A stretch of 64,000 nucleotides of DNA from the NCBI GenBank assembly GCA_046563655.1, contig CM102286.1, forward strand, positions 9,796,001 to 9,860,000. Reading direction: 5' to 3'. Both the position numbers and the translations under genes were made by a program. Below are positions 1 through 11,248 of the stretch, piece by piece. The notes beneath the pieces were generated by a model. That model had not been told where the DNA came from. It did not search any database and worked only from the letters and a program-made list of their open reading frames with translations. Source of the stretch: Yuukianura sp. NJ FZ-2021. Taxonomy: Eukaryota. The stretch's first letter is position 1, and every line of letters starts with the position of its first letter.

Positions 1-246
1 GCACTCAAAGTATTTATAAACAACGGAGTTTTGATCTTGTCATTTTCTGACCGTATGTTTAGTCACGTTGTTAAATTAAGACTGATTAGAGTGTAGAAAA
101 TCCGGCTTAAATTGGTAACATGTAAACAGTGGATGACAACGGTACTTTGATGCTGGGCAATGAAAGTTGTTATTTCAAAATTTGTGCATATTGCAGAACA
201 TCTTTCAACATACATCTTTTAGAATGATGAATACATCCGAATAATT

Positions 247-460
247 GAATGGCTTCGCGGAACAAGGGGCAAACTGGAATTGGCAATTTGAGTTTCCATG
301 GGCAACGAGTTGCGTGTTGGCTTTTCTGCTGAAATCGGACAAGAAAAAACCGCTAAATCGGTCTGAAAAACCGTTTTTTCGCCAGATTTTGTTTGTTTGA
401 AAATTGAAAAAGAAAACGTCAAAACGTCAAAAGTTTGCCCCATGTTCCGCGAAGCCATTC
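247..460. mobile_element. MITE with 29-bp TIRs and AATT target-site duplication (Sola-like by TSD)
   Basis: gaatggcttcgcggaacaaggggcaaact ... agtttgccccatgttccgcgaagccattc (1 mismatch). AATT at 243-246 and 461-464; uninterrupted HINE copies have a single aatt here. Confidence 0.85.
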
Positions 461-472
461 AATTGTGCATTT

Positions 473-605
473 TTTTTAATAGCTAACACAACAGAACTGT
501 ATTATAAGTAATAAATTTCATCGAATTCTTTTCCTGGAGTAATAGTTCCGAGAATTGAGGCTGAATTCCCACGTTGAATAGCTAAACTAATTCGTTGTAG
601 AAGGA
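473..605 (-). mobile_element. 5'-truncated copy of the 3' end of a CRE-like retrotransposon
   Basis: About 115 bp closely similar to 1348-1461 (encodes LLQRISLAIQRGNSASILGTITPGKEFDEIYYL*). T-run (poly-A) at 470-477 and GTGCATTT duplicated at 465-472 and 606-613. Confidence 0.85.
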
Positions 606-988
606 GTGCATTTAGATGAACAGATTTAAGGGCATTCTAATTTTGTGCATACTTGAGAACAATTTGATGCAAAAATGTTGTGCATCAAAAAATTTGAACA
701 GAGTGAAATTTGAGCTAATCTTGAACAACATTTTCATGCAAACGGTTTTTTCACATATTGGTGCAATTGTGCACAAAAAGGCCCCATATCTCCACTGAAA
801 ATTATGAGCCACGTTTCGTTGCATAAATCTTGTGAAAACGGTTTCTTAACGTTTTTACTGCGTTTGCGGACAGCCGGTTGAAGAACCGTATCAATTGCCA
901 ACTCCCTCCAGAAGACCTATGCTCAACCCTTGAGCATCGCCCTACCTTTTGTAATTTTGAACTTAAATTTACTATATTTAAATTAATA

Positions 989-1207
989 AACGTTTAAGTG
1001 TACTTTAGATGTGGTTAACTAAGTGAAACTATTTGGAATTAGAGGAGATTTTATTTAATAGTAGAGTTTAAACTCGCGAACTGGAAATACTGCGTACCTA
1101 ACATCATTGACCTCTGAAAATTACAGTTTTGTTGCAAGTGTTTCGAACAGTAGTTGGGTTGGGTCGATTGTCAGCGGTTAACCACATCTAAAGTAAATTT
1201 AAACGTT
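989..1207. mobile_element. Putative MITE with ~31-bp inverted repeats
   Basis: aacgtttaagtgtactttagatgtggttaac / gttaaccacatctaaagtaaatttaaacgtt (2 mismatches). TSD unclear in AT-rich flanks. Confidence 0.55.
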
Positions 1208-1357
1208 AAATTAACTATCTACATCTAAAGTTAATATGTACGTCTAGCAGTCTTAACCACTACTAGTCACAATTTCCAGAATCAAAGATAAGGGTTGATT
1301 TTTTTTTTACTATTTTACGTTTTTCTTTTACTACTTCATTTTTTTTGCAGAACTGTA

Positions 1358-4300
1358 TTATAAGTAATAAATTTCATCCAATTCTTTTCCGGGGGTAATA
1401 GTTCCGAGAATTGAGGCTGAATTCCCACGTTGGATAGCTATACTAATTCGTTGCAGAAGGAAGGCGGTTGACTTCGGTTCGCCAGTGTAATCAGTAATAC
1501 GATGTCCAATGGATTTGATGAGTTTTAAACCTTCGACCCCGAATACTCCTGATGTTTCCACTGCGATGATGCTCACGATGAATTCAGTTTCCAAGTCGGC
1601 GTAAAGGTTGGGCTTGTGGCCTTCTGCCAGAGAAGCAGCGTGTCCGAACTTCACAGAAGAGGCCTGAAGGTAGGATGTAGCATAGGTATCACGACAGGTG
1701 AAATCCCAAGCTAAAGAGCGTCCAGATTTCCAGGGGATGAGGGTGACTCCGTCCGGGCGTTTGCCGTCGCTTCTGGAACATCCAGGGGGTTCCTTGAGAC
1801 ATGGTATTCCTGACGATTATAGAGCTCTGTAGATCAGGTCATTCACTGAGTCGTGTCTTGACATTCGTCCTGCGCTTTTCTGACAACTGAGACCATGCAG
1901 TCCATCACTGGAAACATGAACACCGCACTTACATTGGTGAGGTAAGCAGATGTCACTTCCAAGCCGAAGACAACAAGCAATTCTGAAGCAATCATTGGAG
2001 AGGAGAGTTCCGAACTGTGGGGCTGTGTGGAGAAGCAGCAGCAAGCAATCGGGCCTTGTCAGTTGGAGACGTAGTGTCTTGGAGGAGATGGTTGTAGTGG
2101 AAAAGGCTAAGTTCAAGATCCCAGCAATGTTGTTGGTTGGTGACTTCTGGAATCTCAAGACCTTTATCAATCCATTGTCTAGATGCAAATTCAAAGGCCT
2201 TGTCGAATGGTGAAAGGTCATCTGGTAGCAAGAGGTCAACGAGATTGGAGCAGCTGTAGATTGAGGCCAAAAATGAGAATGTAGCACAATCAGCAGCATG
2301 ACGAATCCCGAGACCCCCTTGAGTTACCGGAAGAGATGACTGAAGCCAAGCATTTTCGCATAACTTGATGTTCAAGATATTTGTTAGTACTTCACGGAGA
2401 GACAGGTCGTAAGAAATTAGAAGGTCCTCTTCTAAGAACGATGGAAAACATCGTTGAAAGTAAAGTAGTCTGGGAGTGGAGATGGATGCTCTTAGAAGAA
2501 AGAGTGCAGCATGAGCAGGAATGATTTTGAGTTTAGAAGAAATTTGCTTGAAGTCTTGAGTCTTTAGTTGAAGGATGCGGCGGCATGAAGCTGTCGTCAG
2601 TGGTGCGCCACGTAATTCAGCCTTTTCTTCGTCACAGATGCCAATGTCCGGGGCGATGGAACGGAAGCGGGTAACAATTGTTTGATATTCAGACTGGGAT
2701 GCGCTGATGACAATGATTTCGCATTTTTTTTGTTGAGTTCCAGGCCGAAGGAAGCTGCTTTCCTGTCAATTTCTTTCAAATGGCAGAGGACAGAATCAGG
2801 AAAGTCGGCGATTGTGGCGTCATCTAGGTACCACACATTGAATTCGGACTTGATGGAAGTGGCAAGAGGATGAATTGTCAGTGCAAACAAGGCAGGCCCG
2901 AGGGGATCCCCCTGTTGGACACCAAGGCTGGACTTGATGCGAGAAGAGCCATAGAAAAGGTCCGAGTCAGTGGAATAACATTGGGAAACGAAGTGTAGGA
3001 ATTGCGGGAACTGAGTCTTGACAGCTAGCAGCATTTGATCTCGTCTGAGGAGGTTGAAAGCGTTTTTGAAGTCGAGTTTCAGCATCACCTTCGCAGAGGA
3101 GTGTGGCGAGTTGATATAGATTCTAGCAGCATGAGCTACAGATTCGGCCCCATTCTTGACACCCACTCCTACTTGTGTTGGGCTTAGGTAAGAAGTGAGA
3201 TCCTTCATCATTCGCGACAAAACAAGCTTCGACACCAGGCGGCGCCAAACTAACCCAATTGCAATTGGACGAACACCACCATTCTTTTTCTCGATGGCCA
3301 CTAGAGATGCTCCAAAGAAGAGAGGACGGATGTTTTCGGGCAAAGTTTGGTAACGAAATTGCATAAGTTGGTAATGGATGAGAGCAGGTTAGAGCCGGCG
3401 TCCAATGTTGATTTTGAGATCAGTTCCTTGAGAATTTGGAGACGAAGTAAGTCCAGACCGCCAGCAGAACCATTTCGGAATGAAGAGATACATTTGGATA
3501 CTTGCGGTTCCTCAAAACGTGTTTCATCAGAATGAAGCTGATCAAAACGTTGAGTATGCTCAGGGTGGGGAGGATGCAAGGATTTCAGAGAGTCCCGAGT
3601 GGTTTCATTTTCGGGAGCCAAAACGTCATCACAGCAGAGTAGACGAACGGCACCACTGATGTCACCATCTGATAGTTTTGAGAGAATCATTGACGAAATT
3701 TTGTGTTCTGAAGATTTGACTGGAGTAGGGCGAGGTGTTGTCTTGAAGTGTGAAATTGATTGAGCATCCAAAATTGAGGAAGTAGTAAGGGTTGAGATGT
3801 TCGACTAGCCTAACCTAACCCAATTGGTCAAATTAGGAGCGTTGTCAGACTTCGTAGGAGCAGAAAGGGCGAAAAACGGGAAAAGTAGAAGATTATTCCA
3901 GGATTTGATTGAGTTAGTTGAAATGACATCGTTGATGAATTTAGACAGACATTCGGCGGTTGCACGTCTTGCACCTTTTGGAACGTGTTTGAGTATTGGA
4001 ACCGAAGTTTTCAATTTGGCGAGCAGAAATCCGAAGTCAACGTTAGGAGAAGGATCGGATGTGTCAGAAGGAGAGTTGATCTAGCGGATTCCTCTGTATG
4101 ACCGATCAGCATGTCTACGGCCACTTGCACGAGTGGTGGTGATCTGAGGGAATAGCTTGAGTAGCTTGGATCCCAATGTAGCATCGAAAACAGGACGAAT
4201 TTTGTTTGAATCACAGTACTCACGGTATCTTGATTTGAGGTCGAGTTTCGTAATCGTTGATCCAGGAGAGGAGGTAATGTTGGATAAAATCCATTCTTCA

Positions 4301-4989
4301 GTGAGCCTGATGTGGTTTGACGAGTTGGTAAAATTGGAACATGGTGTTGAGGATGTCGAAGTTTCCTGAGATGAAGCTGACAGACTTGCAATGCCTTCAT
4401 TGGATACTGGAAATGACGTCAAACTGGAGATGTGTTCACTGGATTCTGGAACGGATGGCGTACTGGAGATGTTTCCACTGGATTCTGGAACGGGCGGCAG
4501 AATGGAGATGTTTTCACTGGATTCAGGGACTGACGTCAAACTCGAGATGTGTTCACTGGATTCTGGAACATACGACAGGCTGGAAATGTCTTCACTGGAT
4601 GCAGGAAATGACGTCAAACTGGAGATGTGTTTAAGGTACACGGAGGAACTTGAAGCTGGAACTGATTCAATACAGGAACTGTAGCCATTTGAGGCTGGAA
4701 CTGATTCAATACAGGAAGCATAGTCATTTGAAGCTGGAACTGATTCAATACAGGAACAATAGTCATTTGAAGCTAGAACGAAATCACTTGATGCTGGAAC
4801 TGATGTAATATGGGACCTGTAGGAACTTGAAGCTGTAACTGATTCAATACAGGAATCATAGTCATTTGAAGCTGGAACAAAATCACTTGAAGGTGGAATT
4901 GAAGCTGGAACTGATACGACGGCGGAATCGAAGCCATTTAATGCTGCAACTGGTGAGGAAACTTCATTCTCGGCTGGAGCTGGTGACAC
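1358..4989 (-). pseudogene. Disrupted single ORF: peptide repeats, RFX-like winged helix, RT, Zn knuckle, RLE
   Basis: ORF pieces 4081-4989, 3805-4014 and 3301-3771 share one frame, separated by single TAG stops. Frameshifts near 3350, 2725 and ~2025 join the remaining pieces. Confidence 0.8.
4390..4910 (-). repeat. Coding tandem repeats: 36-bp (SCIESVPASNDY) and 39-bp (HISSLTSVPESSE) units
   Basis: Repeated gaagctggaactgattcaatacagga and cactggattctggaac; units are multiples of 3 and keep the frame. Confidence 0.85.
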
Positions 4990-5399
4990 TTTAAATGCGA
5001 ATTCTACGGCTGCTTGAGCTGATGAGGTTTTGCAAGTCTTGCAGGGTTGATAGTTTTTCTAAAAAAAAATCCTACTTCTACCTTTTTCGTAAATTCGCGA
5101 GTAATTTTCGAAATTTTAAAAAATGACACCTGCAGTTCATAGTTTGTGTGAAACTGGCTTAAAGTTGAGATGAAAGCGGTTTTTATCCGCTCTAGAAATG
5201 TTTCAAAAATTTTGTTGAAAAAATGCCTTATGTCCACTCTAGTTAAAAGAAAAATTTTCTTGGTAACTCGATGGATGCAACGCATGCATAATACGTTGCT
5301 ATGGGGGAAAACGGTTTTTTTACTTTCTCCAGCGGTTTTTTCAAACCAACAACAGATGACTATTAGTCGTCAACCGGTCCCTGAGGTCGAAAAAAAAAA

Positions 5400-6368
5400 C
5401 AAGGTAGGGCAATGCTCAAGGGTTGAGCATAGGTCTTCTGGAGGGAGTTGGCAATTGATGCGACTTAAACCGGTCTGCCTCAAAACTGTAGATTTGAGAA
5501 ACCGTTTTCATGTAGCTGATGCACCAAAACGTCGCTCAAAATTTTCAGTGCAGATGTGGGGCCTTTTTGTGCACAATTGCACCAAAATGTGAAAAAACCG
5601 TTTGCATAAGAATGTAGTTCAGCTTTTTAGTCCTGAACAGTTTTCACTCTGTTCAAATTTTTTGATGCACAACATTTTGCATCAAATTGTTCTCAAATTA
5701 TGCACAAAATTAGAATGACCTTAAATCTGTTCATGTAAATGCACAATTATTCGGATGTAAACACCATTCTAAATGTACGTGGAGTTGTTCTCCAGTATGC
5801 ACAAATTTTGAAATAACAACGTCAATCAGCCAGCGTCAAAATAACTGCGCAATTCGGCATTTGTGCATCTACTGATAAGTGTGCACAAAATTGAGCTTTG
5901 AGGGGCAGGGGTCGAATACAGCTTGTTAAAATCGAAATTATAAAAATTTCTAGTAACTACAAATTTGACCTTTGTTATGCACAATTCACGTATTAAGGAT
6001 TTAAGCCCGATTTTCTACCCTCTGATCAGTCTTAATTTAACAAGGTAACTAAACATACTGTCAGAAAATGACCGGGTCGAAACTTCGTTGTTTAAGTATA
6101 TTTTGAGTGTAATCGAAACCAAAATGTTCCCGGGAAACGACTGCACTTAGGGTGCATAAAGTGGCCGCCCATTTCCACGTTGTTAATATAACACTTTGAG
6201 TGCAATATAGACTTAATGAAAACACTTGAGGCATACATAACCCCCCGGACAAAATGGAGCTTATGTTTTAGTGCAAAAGATTCTAAAAAATGTGACAGAC
6301 AGACAGACAGACAAAGTCGTATCAATAGTCTTCTTCAGCACGTCGTAGACGTGCGTCTCCAGAAGACT
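5400..6368 (-). mobile_element. HINE family A, full-length
   Basis: Both termini present (aaggtagggcaatgctcaagggttgagcat ... ctccagaagact), (GACA)n microsatellite near the 5' end, A-run flanks, no TSD. Confidence 0.85.
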
Positions 6369-6370
6369 AA

Positions 6371-6440
6371 CAAGGTAGGGCAGTGCTCAATGGTTGATCA
6401 CAGGTCTTCTGGAGGAGTTGACTATTCATACGACTTTAAA
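6371..6440 (-). mobile_element. Diverged 3' terminus of an older HINE A copy
   Basis: caaggtagggcagtgctcaatggttgatcacaggtcttctggag directly abuts the previous copy. Confidence 0.65.
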
Positions 6441-6500
6441 TAAAATCGACTCGAACAAAATTGAAGGTCGAGTTTGAGGGATCGAATATTGTTTGTTTAA

Positions 6501-7771
6501 CCCTTTCGCTACGAAATTTTTTTGTTGGTTGTTATCTCAACGGCTGAATTTTAAGATGAAAATCGGTTTTTTCAAACGAGTTCACCGGTTTTTTAGTCTT
6601 CTGGAGACGCATGTCTACGACATGCTGAAGAAGACTATTGATACGACTTTGTCTGTCCGTCTGTTCGCTTTTTTAGGATCTTTTGCGCTGAAACATAAGC
6701 TCCATTTTTGGCGGGGGGTTACGTATGCCTCAAGTGTTTTCATTAAGTCTACATTGCACTCAAAGTGTTATATTAACAACGTGCAAATGGGCGGCCACTT
6801 CATGCACCCTAAGTGCAGTCGTTTCTCGGAAACATTTTGGTTTCGATTACACTCAAAATATATTTAAACAACGAAGTTTTGATCCTGTCATTTTCTGACA
6901 GCTAGTTTAATCACGTTGTTAAATTAAAACTTAACTAGAGGGTAGAAAATGTGGCTGAAACTCATAATATGGAAACAGTGCTTGGCAGGGTTAAAATTTG
7001 CCTTTGCAAGAAATTTTTATAATTTTGATTATAAACAAGCGATATTCGAACCCCACCCCACAACGTACAATTTTGTGCATGATGCACACAATTGAAGGTT
7101 TGTGCAGGTTTGAGAACTACCTTGAGCATACCTTGACAACATCGACAATACATTATGCGCATCTTCATGAACCGATTTCGATTTAAAAGAAGGTATATTC
7201 GATCCATCCTTCTCAGGGTTCAAATTTGTGCATCATGCACAAATCTCAATTTCAATATCATTATTTTGAGGGTGTTTGGTTTTCGCTCTTTTCGCTAATG
7301 GTCTATTGCCATGGCAACCCCGACAATACATTACGTGCATCTTGCTCAACAAATTAAGAACATCAATTCAGTGCAAATATTTTGGGTCTCAAAACTGCAA
7401 CATGATTTTGGTGCAATTAAATGGTAGAACAGCCAACGCAATTTTGGTGCAACTCATGCACAAAATAGGACCTCGCATCCACACTGAAACTTTTTAGCGA
7501 CGTTTTGGTGCAACAACTCCATGAAAACGGTTTCTCATTTCTTTTACAGTTTTGAGGTAGGCCGGTCTAAATGTCGTATCAATTGTCAACTCCCTCCAGA
7601 AGACCTATGCTCAATCCTTGAGCATTGCCCTACCTTGTTATGAATCGTTGGCATGGAAATGAAATTACATGTAAAGCGGTTTTTATTTATATGAAAAACA
7701 CATATATGTGTCATTCGTCTCTGATGATTGTTATTAAATGTCACGTATTTGTGTCACCCGTAGCGAAAGGG
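6501..7771. mobile_element. piggyBac-like non-autonomous element containing a HINE
   Basis: TTAA|CCCTTTCGCTACG ... CGTAGCGAAAGGG|TTAT; 13-bp perfect TIR; right TSD has one mismatch. Confidence 0.7.
6595..7637 (+). mobile_element. HINE family A, full-length
   Basis: tttt|agtcttctggag...GTCY repeat ... ctccagaagacctatgctcaatccttgagcattgccctaccttg|tt. Confidence 0.85.
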
Positions 7772-8374
7772 TTATATTCAAAATGATGAAAATTTCTTAG
7801 ACATGATTGATAGCAATAAACAACTGACTAAACAACCTGTAACTGCACTGTCCATTGGCATGACAATATAATAATAAACAATGCGTTAATCAAGCAGCAT
7901 CAAAATAGTGTTTAAAAAACTGTTGGCATCAAAATGTTGAAACTGAGCTGTGAACAGTTTCCACTGTCTTCAAAAGTATTTTGATGCTTTGATATTTTTT
8001 GTAATCACCAATTGTAACCACCATTTGTTAATATAATTTTGTAATCAAAATGATTTAATCCCATTTGTTGATTATAAGTGAAAGTGCTAATGTATGAAAA
8101 ATATTGTCTGTCTGCCCGTTTCTCGTTCGCTGGTGTTGAAAGCATCCAATTTTCTTTTCTTGTAGTTAGTCCGATTATGGTCAGCCGCAGTCAGGACTTC
8201 TACCATTTTCGTGTCCATTACGCAAATAGATAATGTCGTTAAATATCTCCGAACTGAATTCTAACTTTCGATACTTTTTTTTATGTTCATTTCAAATGCA
8301 AAAATTGCTTGTTTACAGACTTTTTTGCTAAACAATTTCCGTAGCAACGATATACGCCCTTCTTCGTCTAAGCT

Positions 8375-9454
8375 CCTCAATTGTGCAACATGCACAAAAA
8401 TGAACGCTGGCTCGAGGGGTCGGATATCGCCTGTGAAAATCGAAATTATAAAAATTTCTAGTAAACGCAACTTTGACTTATGTTGTGCACCATTCACATA
8501 TTAAACATTTAAGAAGGAATAAGACATGGCAACGGTGGGTCTCGTTTTGCCTCAAATTAATTAACTTTCAGGCTTAATAAGTCGTCACAGGAATGACCTA
8601 GAAATTTGTACAATACCTCTAAAAATTCCTTGATATTCGCAGAATAATTATTAGGGCTCAGAATTTGAATTTTAGCAGCTGAATGATACTAAAAATCTGA
8701 TACAAAGTTTCAATTTTGAATAAGTATTGTATGACACAAAAAATTTGGAAATTGGCCCCTAACTATTATGCACCATGGTCTTCCGGATTTTTAGACTCCT
8801 CAAACGCATTTTTAGGTCTTCTAATAAAAAAGTTATTAAACAAAACAGATGTAATTCTGACATTATTCAATAATTTGCAAATATCGGCACCGAAATCAAC
8901 CGTCTCCATGGGCACGAGGTTGTTGTTGAGTCCCAGGTTGTTTGAATTCCTATCCTGCGAAAAACTTTGGTGTGTCAATCATTGGAAACAGTGCCGACTT
9001 TTGCAAGTTTGAGCAGTGATTTTGCTTTGTTACTATTGACAATGGCTGACACCAAATCGTAAACAAACGCTGCCTCTTACCCGTCCTTAACCCGTATTTT
9101 CCACACTCTTGTAAGTCTTAACTTAACAACGTAATTAAACATACTGCCAGAAAATGACCAGATCAAAAATCCGTTGTTTCCAAATATTTTGAGTACAATC
9201 GAAACCAAAATAGTTTTGCGGAGCCACGATACTGCGGGTACGTAAAGTAGCCGCCCAATTCTACGTTCTTAATGTACGAGTTTGAGTGCAATGTAGAGGT
9301 AATGAAAAAACTTGAGTCCTTGATAACCCCCCGACTGCGATGGGGCTTATGTTTCAGCGCAAAGGGCGCTAAAAAACGTTACAGACAGACAGACAGACAA
9401 AGTCGTATCAATAGTCTTCTTCAGCACGTCGTAGACGTGCGTCTCCAGAAGACT
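8375..9454 (-). mobile_element. HINE family A, 5' half, interrupted
   Basis: Homologous to the other copies at 8375-8512 and 9087-9454, with an intact 5' terminus and GACA repeats. Confidence 0.75.
8513..9086. mobile_element. 574-bp insertion with TTAA TSD and degenerate TIRs (Kolobok-like by TSD/purine start)
   Basis: TTAA at 8509-8512 and 9087-9090 where uninterrupted HINE has one TTAA. Ends gaaggaataagacatggcaacg / cgctgcctcttacccgtcc are weakly complementary. Confidence 0.6.
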
Positions 9455-9649
9455 AATAAACGACTTTAGTTGTATTTGGCCCTCAAAAGTTAAAACACTG
9501 TAAACGCCCGAAATACACGTTGTGAACATTCCGAATTTGGGTCATTTTTGCCACCCGTCTCTACAGCCTATTGATGTGACCTTGCCCTCAAATCGTAAAA
9601 GCGTGCCTACAGTGCAGTAAGGATGACGTAGTCGCAATTTTTCGGGAAT

Positions 9650-9980
9650 TTTTTTTGCTCCGCACCCCAGGGAGCGCGGGGGTGTGTTTCGTCACTTTTC
9701 CACTTCCACCCCCGGGGGAGAGGGGGTGGGTTCCACAGGGGAGAGGGGGTGGGTTCCCCGGGGGAGACGAGGTGGGTTCCCTGGCGGGGAGAGGGTGGGT
9801 TCCCCCCCGGGAGAGAGGGGGTGTTTGCCCCACTTTCCCGCCCCTCCAGGGGGAGTGGGGGTCTTCCCCCACTTTTCCGCCCCCCCCCTCGGGGGGAGTG
9901 TGGGTCTTCCCCCCACTTTCCCGCCCCCCTGGGGGAGTGGGAGTGTTTCCCCCACTTTCCCGCCCCCCATGGGGTGTCGC
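9650..9980. repeat. G/C-run-rich minisatellite block 1
   Basis: Repeats of ccccactttcccgcccc..gggggagtggg and ggggagagggggtgggttcccc. Confidence 0.8.
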
Positions 9981-10534
9981 AGTGACTTCAAACAAAGATG
10001 TGGGAAGGTGGGATACGGATGAAGCAACAACAGAACGAATGGATAGGCGACACTTGACACAATGCATGAGTGTGTATATGTCAACTGCGTAATAGATTTT
10101 TTGCTAAGCAGAGAACCAACTCCCATGCCAATTGCCTTTCCAGTTTCACAAGCAGAGTTTTTTTTTACCCACACTTCATCTATGCATAAATTCACGTGGC
10201 CTTTAAAATCGATTTTGACCCGGAAGGAGTTGACACACCGGAATAATATTCAATAGTGACCAGATCCGGGTCATGAGATAGTCACTAGAAAAAACTGGAG
10301 CAAAATCGATCCAGTAGTTTCCGAGATAATTTCCCTCACATTTTCACTACTTTTTCAATGGTGATCCCTATGCTAGGACGGAAAACGCGATGACGGACAG
10401 GCTTTCCTTATGGGTCTAGGACGGAAAACGCGATGACGGACGAAAACGCTTTTATAAAGTAGCTAAAGCTACTTAATAATCTAATAAACCGGTTGTTAAC
10501 CGCGCATACTGATAATACCTCAGAAATAAGGGGT

Positions 10535-11248
10535 TGCTCCCCAGGGGGTGGGGGTGTTCCCCCCACTTTCCCGCCCCTCCCCATGGGGAGTTCCCTCCAA
10601 TTTCCCGCCCCCAGGGGGAATGAGGGTGTTCCCGCACTTTTTTGCTCCGCACCCCAGGGAGCGCGGGGTGTGTTCCCTCCAATTTTCCGCCCCCCCCCAG
10701 GGGGAGTGGGGGTGTTTTCCCCACTTTTTTGCTCCGCACCCCAGGGAGCGCGGGGTGTGTTTCTTCCAATTTCCCGCCGCCCAGGGGGAGTGGGAGTGTT
10801 TTCCGCACTTTTTTGCTCCGCACCCCAGGGAGCGCGGGGATGTGTTCCCCCTAATTTCCCGCTCCCCAGGGAGAGTGGGGGTGTTCTCCGCACTTTTTTG
10901 CTCCGCACCCCAGGGAGCGCGGGGATGTGTTCCCCCTAATTTCCCGCTCCCCAGGGAGAGTGGGGGTGTTCTCCGCACTTTTTTGCTCCGCACCCCAGGT
11001 AGCGCGGGGTGTGTTCCGCCACTTTTCCGCTTCCACCCCCGGGGGAGAGGGGGTGGGTTCCCCGGGGGGAGAGGGGGTGGTTCTCCGGGGGGGGGGAGGG
11101 GGTAGTTCCCCGGGGGGGGAGAGGGGGTGGTTTCCCGGGGGAGGGGGGTGATTCTCCGGGAGGAGAGCGGGTAGTTCCCCAGAAGGAGAGGGGCTAGTTC
11201 CCCGGGGGAGAGGGGGTGGTTCTCCGGAAGGAGAGGGGGTAGTTCCCT
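10535..11248. repeat. G/C-run-rich minisatellite block 2 (~85-bp unit x5, then short G-rich units)
   Basis: gctccgcaccccagg at 10644, 10731, 10815, 10900, 10985. Confidence 0.85.

Larger units (their letters stand above)
1..948 (+). mobile_element. DINE-1/HINE-like non-autonomous Helentron, family A (5' end outside window; interrupted by two insertions)
   Basis: 3' end ctccagaagacc-tatgctcaacccttgagcat-cgccctacct (sub-terminal IR plus hairpin) followed by T-run. Internal sequence is shared with the other copies. Confidence 0.75.
1299..5058 (-). mobile_element. Degenerate CRE-clade-like non-LTR retrotransposon (RT plus restriction-like endonuclease)
   Basis: RT motifs RPIAIG, LDFKNAFN, GVQQGDPLGPALF, WYLDD; GGLG motif; Cys/His knuckle [44 protein letters not shown]-terminal QRISIAIQRGN; short A-rich 3' tail. 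5' boundary uncertain. Confidence 0.88.

Noticed and set aside
5170..7497. Short ORFs inside HINE copies (also 15318-15748, 32401-32586, 51548-51781)
   Set aside because: Not conserved in frame among copies and no recognisable domains.
10373..10441. 26-bp direct repeat ctaggacggaaaacgcgatgacggac
   Set aside because: Only two copies; a local duplication with no further structure.
9588..11197. Many Pro/Gly-rich ORFs
   Set aside because: Open in all frames on both strands because the G/C minisatellite lacks stop codons.
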